The notes under the pieces are model-generated. The model had not been told where the DNA came from, searched no databases, and saw only the letters and a program-made list of their open reading frames with translations. A stretch of 64,000 nucleotides of DNA. It comes from Longimicrobiales bacterium. GTDB lineage: Bacteria > Gemmatimonadota > Gemmatimonadetes > Longimicrobiales > Gaopeijiaceae. Below, piece after piece: positions 56,504-64,000 of this stretch. How positions within the stretch are numbered: the first letter of the stretch is position 1; each line of letters begins with the position of its first letter. The stretch covers positions 512,001 through 576,000 of the forward strand of contig CBDFIQ010000001.1 of NCBI GenBank assembly GCA_965248195.1, written 5' to 3'. The position numbers and the translations under genes were made by a program.

Positions 56504-57316
56504 TTACCCCGAAGGAACCGAGATCTCCACGAATCGCGCGATCTGTTCTCTGATCTCTCCCCAACAAGGGGAGCAGTCGTTGTGTCCGCAATCGAGCGCT
56601 ATGACGTCCAGTCCATCCCGAACCCCGGCGATCCGTTCCGAGTGCCGATACGGAATGACTTCATCCCTGGCGCCGTGGAGCAGCAGCACGGGGCCCTCGA
56701 ACTGGGCCACAGCCCTTACCACATCGTACCGGTCCCGGAGCAGGAATCCGGGAGTTCCAAAGCTCCGCCTCGCCAAAGTGGCCATGGAACTGAACGTCGA
56801 TTGAAGTATCAGCGCCTTCACCGGACGAGAGAGCGCAAGGTCACTGGCCACGCCCCCACCGATCGACCTCCCCCAGGCAACGACGCGCTCGGGGTCCACT
56901 TGGGACCGCTCGATCAGCCAGTCGTAGCCTTTGGTGAACGCCTCGTGCAGTGTGGCCCTCGTCGGCTTGCCTTCGGAGTGTCCGTATCCGGGGAACTCGA
57001 CCAGGAGGACATTGAAGCCCAGGTCTGCAAAATCCTCCATCTCCAATCGCCAGTGATTGATCAGCTCACCGTTTCCGTGCGCGAAGATCAGCGTGGCCGT
57101 GGGAGGGCCGTTCGACCCGTCGAAGAACCAAGCCTCAACGCGCCCGAAGGAGGTACCCAGCCACACCTGCTCGACTCCATGAGGAGCCGAATCAAGGGCA
57201 TGAGGCGAGGCCAGCCGGGTTCCAGGGAAGAGAAGTGATCTCTGAAGTACGAAGAGAAGAGCGACGTAACCCAGATACGCCAACGCCAGGATCCTAATCA
57301 GTGTTCCCAATCCCAA
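56504..57316 (-). CDS. Membrane-anchored alpha/beta hydrolase (ABHD13-like)
   Basis: QRSLLFP, HGNGE, GRSIGG, HGARDEVIP, GHND. Start uncertain. Confidence 0.85.
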   Translation of the reverse strand: MGLGTLIRILALAYLGYVALLFVLQRSLLFPGTRLASPHALDSAPHGVEQVWLGTSFGRVEAWFFDGSNGPPTATLIFAHGNGELINHWRLEMEDFADLGFNVLLVEFPGYGHSEGKPTRATLHEAFTKGYDWLIERSQVDPERVVAWGRSIGGGVASDLALSRPVKALILQSTFSSMATLARRSFGTPGFLLRDRYDVVRAVAQFEGPVLLLHGARDEVIPYRHSERIAGVRDGLDVIALDCGHNDCSPCWGEIREQIARFVEISVPSG

Positions 57317-57377
57317 AATAACCCTCGACTCGAGGACAGAGCTGCCCTCCCTCAGGATCAACGCGACGGCTCGGCCG

Positions 57378-58115
57378 TTACGCCAAGGGAACCGAAATCT
57401 CCACCTCGGCACCCCCGTCGGTATGGTTCCGCAAATGGATCCGACCGCTCTGAAGCTCCACCGCCCTCCGGGCATGCGAGAGCCCAAGCCCCAAGCCTCC
57501 CTCAGACGTGGTGTAAAAGGGATCGTACGCCCTGGACAACGCCTCGGCAGAGAAACCCGGACCCGCATCCCGGATGAGCACGCGACCCCACTCTTCTTCG
57601 CTCGAGACGGTCGCAACTATGCCCTGCCCATTGCCGAAAACGGCAGCGTTATTAAGAACGAGGTAAAGCGCGTCGAGCAGGGCCTCGGTGTTCACGCGGA
57701 CCTGGACCGAGCCCCTCGACGAGAAGAGCACGGAGATGTCCCACTCCGATTCATAAGCCTGGACGGCCTCTTTGACGATCCGGGTGAGATCGTCCTCGCC
57801 GATCTCTCCCGCCGGATCCTCCAAGAAAAAATGGAGATCATCGATCGCGGCCACGGCATCTTCCGCCGCCCGCCGGAGTGACCGGCTACGGTCCTTGAAC
57901 GCCGCGGCAAGCGGACCGTCGACGTTCTCGCGCAGGTATGCGCCGATGCGAGATAGCGCCAGGCGGGATGCCGCGTCCGCCTCGCTGGACGACGCGGATC
58001 GGGCCGGCGCCCCACCGCTCGATCCGCTCGAGGTCTGACGCGTCTTTCTTCCCAAGAAAAACCCCACAACTGCGGCGACCGCCGCCGCAACAGCTCCAAC
58101 CGTCAATGCATCCAT
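57378..58115 (-). CDS. Histidine-kinase-like ATPase (HATPase_c) protein lacking the H-box His
   Basis: N-terminal TM; N box LNNA, G1 DAGPG, F box DPFYTT, G2 GLGLGL. Confidence 0.8.
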   Translation of the reverse strand: MDALTVGAVAAAVAAVVGFFLGRKTRQTSSGSSGGAPARSASSSEADAASRLALSRIGAYLRENVDGPLAAAFKDRSRSLRRAAEDAVAAIDDLHFFLEDPAGEIGEDDLTRIVKEAVQAYESEWDISVLFSSRGSVQVRVNTEALLDALYLVLNNAAVFGNGQGIVATVSSEEEWGRVLIRDAGPGFSAEALSRAYDPFYTTSEGGLGLGLSHARRAVELQSGRIHLRNHTDGGAEVEISVPLA

Positions 58116-58148
58116 ACGTTCCTCAATGATCGTGAATCCCTCGCAAAC

Positions 58149-58721
58149 CTACTGAATCCCCCACCGACAGTAAGCGTCACCACGAGCCTCGCACGCGACG
58201 TGCCCGACGGTCGGTGGGTCTTTGATCGACCCGCTCAACGTCGCGGAGCAGAGGCCCGACACGAGGGAACAGGCATCGCCTCCGGAGTCGCTCTGGATAA
58301 ACAGGAGTGAACGTCCCTCCAAAACGAACGCGCCGTCCCCGAACCCTCCGACGCGGCGCCCGAAGAGCGTCTTGAGCCTCTTTCTGACTCTCCGCCTGGC
58401 GAGGGCCAATCCCAGCCTGCGTGGCACAAGCCTCGGTTGACGCAGAGGTTTACCGGCCAGCCTGGCGCCACACTCCAGAAAGACCGCTCTCGCGTCAGGT
58501 CGCCGTGCCACGAGCCTCACTAGATCGACGAACTCCTCATCCGAAATCTTGTGGCCCTTTTTGGTCTCCGCCTGATAGTTCCGTATCCGGCGCTCCACCA
58601 CATTACTCAGACCCAACTTGCGCGGCATCGTAATCGACGTGTCTTCCTCCTCGAACACCTCGAAGGGCCGATCACTCGCCTGGATGACCTCCAGAAACGT
58701 GAGGGCGACCAGGGCCGACAC
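58149..58721 (-). CDS. V4R-domain protein
   Basis: C-terminal C..VSG...H.ACEARG...C.W motif. Confidence 0.75.
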   Translation of the reverse strand: MSALVALTFLEVIQASDRPFEVFEEEDTSITMPRKLGLSNVVERRIRNYQAETKKGHKISDEEFVDLVRLVARRPDARAVFLECGARLAGKPLRQPRLVPRRLGLALARRRVRKRLKTLFGRRVGGFGDGAFVLEGRSLLFIQSDSGGDACSLVSGLCSATLSGSIKDPPTVGHVACEARGDAYCRWGIQ

Positions 58722-58941
58722 CCGCTGGCGCCCACTGACGCTGGACTCCGCTATTTCCGTTTCTCCATGCAGTCGTCGGTCATCGCTGGCGGTGCTCGTC
58801 TGGTGCCGGGACGGTCACGTTCCCGACGGGGTGGGCCGTGTCAATCTCGCAGGCCGTCGGTCACCCGGCAACGTAGGCGCGGTACCTTCCGGAGAGCGTG
58901 CAGATTCGCGCCCATCTCCCGGCGTCCAAACGCGTCCGCCC

Positions 58942-58996
58942 TTGAAGGTGAGATCAGGACGGAGCATATTCCCACCGAAGGTGAGAATCATTATCG
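58942..58996 (+). promoter_or_regulatory. Sigma70 promoter TTGAAG-17-CATATT followed by a Fur-like box
   Basis: -35 at 58942-58947, -10 at 58965-58970, TGAGAAT-C-ATTATCG at 58982-58996. Confidence 0.6.
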
Positions 58997-59040
58997 GGTC
59001 GGGTGGAACGGGTCTCTACCCACGACCCGATCCCGTCGGG

Positions 59041-59679
59041 ATGCATATGGGAAAGCCTCAGATGGACAACGATGTTCGGGGGGGGTCGAAAGAAGAAGCC
59101 CTCGACACGTTGAGTGACGAGGAACTCGTGATCGCCCATCTGCGAGGTCGGAGCGGTGCGTTCGAGGACCTCTACGATCGGTATCGCGACCGGCTCGTGC
59201 ATTTCGTTACTCGCAAGACCGGCGATGGGGACCAGGCACAAGACCTGGTTCAGGAGGCGTTCATCCGAGTTACCCGGCACCTCCACCGATTCGACACGTC
59301 GAAGAAATTCTCGACGTGGGTGTACACGATCGCGAGCAACCTCTCCAAGAATGAGCTCCGCAACCGATCACGGAGCCCCCTGGTTCTCTTCCAGCGGCTC
59401 ACAAACAGTTGGGACGACGACCACCGCCCCATCCAGTTCGAAGATTTCCGGATGAGGCCCGACGATCTCTATCGAAAGCGTTTTCTCAAACGCCTCGTCG
59501 AAGACACCGTGCAGGAGTTGCCCGAGCACCATCGGTTGGTGTTCCAACTGCGTGAGCTGGAGGGTAAGAGCTACGAGGAGATCTCCGAAATCACCGGCGT
59601 CAACCTCGGGACCGTGAAGAGCAGGCTGCATCGCGCCCGAAACTCCTTCGCCCAGAGGATCGAACCGTTCCTCAATTAG
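59041..59679 (+). CDS. ECF sigma factor (RpoE/SigW-like)
   Basis: DLVQEAF, FSTWVYTIA, SYEEISE, GTVKSRLHRAR. Start may be 59041, 59047 or 59062. Confidence 0.93.
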   Translation: MHMGKPQMDNDVRGGSKEEALDTLSDEELVIAHLRGRSGAFEDLYDRYRDRLVHFVTRKTGDGDQAQDLVQEAFIRVTRHLHRFDTSKKFSTWVYTIASNLSKNELRNRSRSPLVLFQRLTNSWDDDHRPIQFEDFRMRPDDLYRKRFLKRLVEDTVQELPEHHRLVFQLRELEGKSYEEISEITGVNLGTVKSRLHRARNSFAQRIEPFLN

Positions 59680-59695
59680 TTTTCTGAGTCGAAAC

Positions 59696-60355
59696 ATGTT
59701 CGACAACCTACGTCAGGCCTTCCGCGAAGCCGTCGACAACTTCAAGGATGAATTGGGTCGGGACGACGTTCCCGAGGCGGTGAGCCGCCTTCTCCGGGAA
59801 ATGAAGAGAGAGGCCGCGGATACGAAGGCCGAGATCCGGCGGCTGGAAGAGGCCATCCGAAGAGCCATCGATAGGGCCCAGAAAGAAAAAGGCGAGGCGA
59901 AGACGTGCCGTCGCCGCGAACAGATGGCCCTCGACATCTCGGATGAGGAGACCGCCGGCGTGGCCCGCCAGTATGCGGAAAAGCACGAACATCGCCGGAA
60001 GGTCCTCGAGCACAAGGCCCTCGCGTTGAAGGAGGAGCTGGACATGCGAGAGGAGGAGTTCGAGGAGATGATCGAGGCGATCAAGGATGCGGATAAGAAC
60101 CGGGACACGCTCACCGCCACCGCGGGACGTGCGTCCGCACGCAACTCCATCGACGAGACCGACGACCTCTTTTCGCAGCTGGACCGGATCGGCGACGAGA
60201 TCGGAGCCGACGATGCTCGGCGGGAGGCCAGCAGCGAGCTGGACGATCTGCTGGACGACTCGCGGGATCGTTCTGAGCGCCGTCCCGAACCGGAGGAAAT
60301 CGACGTAGATGCCCGGCTCGAGGCCCTGAAGCGAGCGATGAAAAACAAAGGTTAG
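59696..60355 (+). CDS. PspA/IM30-like coiled-coil protein
   Basis: All-helical, A...DEETA..A pattern, C-terminal VDARLEALKRAM. Confidence 0.75.
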   Translation: MFDNLRQAFREAVDNFKDELGRDDVPEAVSRLLREMKREAADTKAEIRRLEEAIRRAIDRAQKEKGEAKTCRRREQMALDISDEETAGVARQYAEKHEHRRKVLEHKALALKEELDMREEEFEEMIEAIKDADKNRDTLTATAGRASARNSIDETDDLFSQLDRIGDEIGADDARREASSELDDLLDDSRDRSERRPEPEEIDVDARLEALKRAMKNKG

Positions 60356-60359
60356 ATCA

Positions 60360-60638
60360 ATGGAGAACTGGATCGGTGTCGGTGTTTGGATCGTGATGGG
60401 AGCGTTCATCGCCCTCGTCATGAGAGCCGTGATCAGGAGACCGGAAGAAGCCCCGGGGCATGTACCCGTGCTGGTCGTGATCGGGGCCTTCGGTGCGGTC
60501 ATCGGCGGAATGCTCGGAGTAGGCATCTTCGAGTTCGATGACCCGCTAGCGTTTAGCGCGGGTGGCATGGCTGGCGCGGCCACATTCGCGGTCCTCATGA
60601 GCTTCATTTACCGCTGGGGAATTCGCGGGCTCATCTGA
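60360..60638 (+). CDS. GlsB/YeaQ/YmgE-like small membrane protein
   Basis: WIVMGAFIA, IGAFGAVIGG; 3 TM helices. Confidence 0.75.
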   Translation: MENWIGVGVWIVMGAFIALVMRAVIRRPEEAPGHVPVLVVIGAFGAVIGGMLGVGIFEFDDPLAFSAGGMAGAATFAVLMSFIYRWGIRGLI

Positions 60639-60643
60639 GCGAC

Positions 60644-62017
60644 ATGAGTGACGTCCAGGGATACATCGGGAGGGAGCTTGGGCGCTTTACCGACGAGATC
60701 CTGGAGTTTCTTCGAATTCCTTCCGTAAGCGCAAAGTCCGAACACAACGCCGACACGCGTCGAGCCGCACAATGGCTCCGCGATAGAATGGAGGGCGCCG
60801 GTCTCGAGGCCGAGGTGCTCGAGACCGCCGGCCATCCGGTCGTGTTGGGGGAGTGGCGCGGTGCCGGCCCCGACGCTCCAACGGTCCTGGTATACGGCCA
60901 CTACGACGTCCAACCGGTTGAGCCCTTGGATCTCTGGGATTCGCCGCCCTTCGAACCAGAGTTTCGTGACGGGCGCCTTTACGCCCGAGGCTCAACGGAT
61001 GACAAAGGGCAACTCTACCTCCACATCAAGGCCGTCGAAGCGCACTTGAAGGAAGACGGGGCCCTTCGCGTCAATCTGATCGTCCTTGCCGAGGGTGAAG
61101 AGGAGATCGGCTCGCCGAATCTCGTGCCATTCGTTGAGGCCCAAAGAGAGAGGCTGGCATGTGACGCGGTGGTGATCTCCGATACCGGGATGTTCGCGCC
61201 CGGCCTGCCCGCCCTCCTTTTTTCGCTCCGGGGCCTCGCTTACTTCCAGATCCGGGTCGTCGGTCCCTCGAGCGACCTCCACTCAGGAGAGTACGGCGGC
61301 CCGGTGGTGAATCCGGCGATGGCCCTCGGGCGAATTCTCGCGAGCCTTCATGACGATGAGGGACGCATCGCCATCGACGGCTTCTACGCCGACGTGCTGG
61401 ACTGGGACCGGGAAGCCAGGGACGCGATCCGCGATCTGCCCTTTGACGAAGACGATTTCGCGCAGTCTCTCGGTGCCGCACCAGAGGGTGGTGAACCCGG
61501 TTTCTCCGTTCTCGAGCGCCTCTGGATCCGGCCCACGTGCGAGGTCAACGGGCTCCTCTCAGGCTACACGGGCGAGGGCGCCAAGACGGTCCTGCCCGCG
61601 GAAGCCATGGCAAAAGTGAGCTTCCGGCTGGTTTCCGATCAAACTCCGCAGCGCGTGGCCGAGCTCTTCCGAGCGCACGTAGCCTCGGTGACGCCACCCG
61701 GAGTCCGGGTCACGGTCCAGGAATTACAGGGAGGAATGCCTTGGCGTGCGCAGCTCGATGGCCGCCTCAAAGAGGCGGCGACGTCCGCACTCCTCAAGGC
61801 CTTCGGATCCTCTCCCGTCTTGGCGGGCGGTGGTGGCAGCATCCCGATCGTCGGCGAGTTCGAGCGAATCCTCGATGCGCCAGTACTCCTGATGGGCTTC
61901 TCCCTGCCCGGAGCCAACCTGCACGCCCCCAACGAGTGGTTCCCCCAAGAGAATATCGAACTCGGAATCCGGGCCCTCGCCTATCTGTACGAGGAGCTCG
62001 GCCAGCCGCGTACCTAG
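60644..62017 (+). CDS. M20 family dipeptidase
   Basis: YGHYDVQP, RGSTDDKG, EGEEE, DLHSG, HAPNE. Confidence 0.93.
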   Translation: MSDVQGYIGRELGRFTDEILEFLRIPSVSAKSEHNADTRRAAQWLRDRMEGAGLEAEVLETAGHPVVLGEWRGAGPDAPTVLVYGHYDVQPVEPLDLWDSPPFEPEFRDGRLYARGSTDDKGQLYLHIKAVEAHLKEDGALRVNLIVLAEGEEEIGSPNLVPFVEAQRERLACDAVVISDTGMFAPGLPALLFSLRGLAYFQIRVVGPSSDLHSGEYGGPVVNPAMALGRILASLHDDEGRIAIDGFYADVLDWDREARDAIRDLPFDEDDFAQSLGAAPEGGEPGFSVLERLWIRPTCEVNGLLSGYTGEGAKTVLPAEAMAKVSFRLVSDQTPQRVAELFRAHVASVTPPGVRVTVQELQGGMPWRAQLDGRLKEAATSALLKAFGSSPVLAGGGGSIPIVGEFERILDAPVLLMGFSLPGANLHAPNEWFPQENIELGIRALAYLYEELGQPRT

Positions 62018-62053
62018 CGTTCTGGACCATCACGGTGATAGCGCGCACACGGC

Positions 62054-62914
62054 TCATGGAGGAGACCCCAACGTTGCCCGCATGGCCAGGCCCCGCTCGG
62101 GGTGAGCGGCCCACACCTCTGTCTGGTCCTGTGGGTTGGCCTTCCCGGCGATCGTGAACTCCTCCCCGCAGAAGAGAGGGCTGACCGCTCGGTAGGAGAA
62201 GGAGTCGGGGGAGCCACCCGTCGAGCCCCACAGCCGCCTCGATCCCGCGTCTAACAGTAGGAGCGCGATGAGCGGTCCGTGCACCAGAAGGTCTGGATAC
62301 CCCTCGACCTCGGTTACGTAGCGGTGGTCATAGTGAATGCGATGGCTGTTGAACGTGAGCGCGGAGAAGCGGAAGAGGGTCACCGCGTCGGCCAGGAAGG
62401 ACTCGGACCACTCCGCGGCTTCGGGTGGGGGTTTGGGCGGGCCGCCCCCGGCGCCCGAGCCATCACGGTAGACGAGGTCCTGCTCTTCTTCGATCGCAAC
62501 GCCCGCTTCGTTTGCGATCTCATGCCGAACCGTGACGAAGACGAGGGAGCCGGATCGACCTTCTTTGCTCCGTACGGCGGCTATCGTGGACCTTCGTTGA
62601 ACGGCTTCGCCTAGATGGAGCGCCCCAAGGAAGCGGAGCCGGCCTCCGGCCCACATCCGCCGGGGAAGCGGAACGGGGGGTAGGAAGTCGCCACGCCTCT
62701 CGTGCCCATCCGGCCCCAGTGTGGACCGGCGTGTGGCCGGCTTGAAGTAGAGCCAGTGCCACGCGAGTGGGAGAGGCGAGGCGGTGCCCAGCGCCTCTGG
62801 AGGCCAATCCAGCACCGCAGACATCCCCCGCGCCGGAGCCAAGGTGAGGACGTCCTCGTCCACACGTTCATTGCCGATCCACGACTCGAGCTCGGCGATT
62901 TCGTTCTCGTCCAC
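62054..62914 (-). CDS. MaoC/FAS1-like dehydratase (HTD2 / mesaconyl-C4-CoA hydratase-like)
   Basis: DGH, RRMWAGG, LFRFSALTFNSHRIHYD, LVHGPL. Confidence 0.9.
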   Translation of the reverse strand: MDENEIAELESWIGNERVDEDVLTLAPARGMSAVLDWPPEALGTASPLPLAWHWLYFKPATRRSTLGPDGHERRGDFLPPVPLPRRMWAGGRLRFLGALHLGEAVQRRSTIAAVRSKEGRSGSLVFVTVRHEIANEAGVAIEEEQDLVYRDGSGAGGGPPKPPPEAAEWSESFLADAVTLFRFSALTFNSHRIHYDHRYVTEVEGYPDLLVHGPLIALLLLDAGSRRLWGSTGGSPDSFSYRAVSPLFCGEEFTIAGKANPQDQTEVWAAHPERGLAMRATLGSPP

Positions 62915-62988
62915 GGGCTACTCCGGCGAACGTATTTGATTCGTGGCGACTCGCGGAAGGCGCAATGTGCGCCCGACTTCCTCCGGGC

Positions 62989-64000
62989 TCAGAAGGATCG
63001 GGGCATGCCCAGCACGTGCTCTCCCACGTAGCTCAGGATCAGGTTATTGGCGATGGGGGCGATCAGGTAGAGCCTGGCCTCTCGGAATTTGCGCTCGATG
63101 CCGTATTCTTCCGCCAGCCCATACCCGCCGAACGTGTCCATGGCAGCGTTGGCGGCCTCCCAAGCGGCCTCCGACGCCAGAAGCTTGCACATGTTCGCTT
63201 CGGCGCCGCAAGGCTCTTCAGCTTCATAGAGCTCGACGGCGCGGTCCCGCAGAGCCGCAGCCGCCTGTGCGTGTATGTACGCACGGGCGATGGGGAACTG
63301 GACGCCCTGGTTTTGGCCGATGGGACGCGCGAAGACGACGCGTTCGCTCGCGTATTTGGTGGATCGGTCCACGAAGTGGAGGGCGTCACCCACCGACTTG
63401 GACGCGAGCAGGATGCGTTCGGCGTTCATGCCACTGAGGATGTGGTAGAACCCCTTACCTTCCTCACCGATCAGGTTCTCTTCAGGCACCTCGAGTCCGT
63501 CGAAGAACACTTCGTTCGTCTCGTGGTTGATCATGGTGTCCAGAGGGCTGACCCTGATCTGGTCTCCGGCCTGGCGTAGGTCCACGAGGAAAACGCTGAG
63601 GCCGTGCGTCTTCTTCTCCACCTCTCCGAGGCGCGTCGTTCTCGCGAGGAGGATCATCAAATCCGAATGTTGGACCCGGGAGATGAAGCTCTTCTGGCCA
63701 TGAACGACGTATCGATCACCCCTTTTCTCGGCGAAGGTGGAGATCTTTGTCGTGTCGGAGCCCGCATCCGGCTCGGTCACGGCGAACGCCTGCAGGCGGG
63801 TCTTACCCGCCGCGATGTCCGGTAGCCAGCGCCGCTTCTGTTCCTCGGAACCGTGACGAAGGAGGGTGCCCATCGTGTACATCTGGGCGTGACACGCCGC
63901 CCCGTTGCCCCCCGAGCGGTTGATCTCCTCCAGGATCACCGCCGCCTCGCGGATTCCAAGGCCCGGGCCCCCGAACTCTTCGGGAATCATGCACGCCAGG
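62989..64000 (-). CDS. Acyl-CoA dehydrogenase (5' end outside the window)
   Basis: FAVTEPDAGSD, GQNQGVQFP, FGGYG, ERKFREARL. Confidence 0.92.
   Translation of the reverse strand, partial: LACMIPEEFGGPGLGIREAAVILEEINRSGGNGAACHAQMYTMGTLLRHGSEEQKRRWLPDIAAGKTRLQAFAVTEPDAGSDTTKISTFAEKRGDRYVVHGQKSFISRVQHSDLMILLARTTRLGEVEKKTHGLSVFLVDLRQAGDQIRVSPLDTMINHETNEVFFDGLEVPEENLIGEEGKGFYHILSGMNAERILLASKSVGDALHFVDRSTKYASERVVFARPIGQNQGVQFPIARAYIHAQAAAALRDRAVELYEAEEPCGAEANMCKLLASEAAWEAANAAMDTFGGYGLAEEYGIERKFREARLYLIAPIANNLILSYVGEHVLGMPRSF

Noticed and set aside
56492..57238. 248-aa plus-strand ORF after the TBDR
   Set aside because: Antisense to the alpha/beta hydrolase, which carries the catalytic motifs.
58820..58844. 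Perfect TTGACA on the minus strand upstream of the V4R gene
   Set aside because: No plausible -10 hexamer at 16-18 nt spacing.
58618..59040. Long N-terminal extension of the ECF ORF in the track
   Set aside because: It overlaps the divergent V4R gene and the promoter elements; sigma homology starts near 59041-59100.
59708..60607. 299-aa antisense ORF
   Set aside because: Shadow of the PspA-like and GlsB-like genes.

Overview
GC-rich (roughly 65% by eye) bacterial chromosomal window. The gene content (ADOP permease, VPS10/BNR hydrolase, carboxypeptidase-domain TonB receptors, large NAD-GDH, V4R/ECF/PspA cluster) suggests Gemmatimonadota, but this is inference. It holds about 45 CDSs. I saw no rRNA, tRNA, CRISPR array, transposase or integrase. 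Core genes include a large NAD-glutamate dehydrogenase, sucA, ctaA, yhaO/yhaN-like DNA repair genes, a pgeF-like gene, a DnaQ-like exonuclease, acyl-CoA dehydrogenases and an M20 dipeptidase. The most interesting signals are: (1) an ECF sigma / zinc anti-sigma / TonB receptor / second beta-barrel module with the same GTCAC-N17-CGTT motif upstream of the sigma and of the barrel; (2) two sigma70-type promoters, each followed by a Fur-like 7-1-7 box, one at a FecA-like receptor and one unexpectedly at an ECF-PspA-GlsB operon that diverges from a V4R protein and a His-less kinase; (3) a His-rich porin gene abutting a monoheme cytochrome c lipoprotein gene; (4) a minor-pilin cluster (apparent CTG start) running into a YbjN-like / frameshifted DUF4956 / secreted kinase-like trio; (5) a stand-alone HTH protein resembling the DNA-binding tail of HNH homing endonucleases; (6) enzymes with altered active sites (M28 with HH in place of EE, cytochrome c-PQQ fusion). 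All family calls come from motif recognition by eye; no database search was run.
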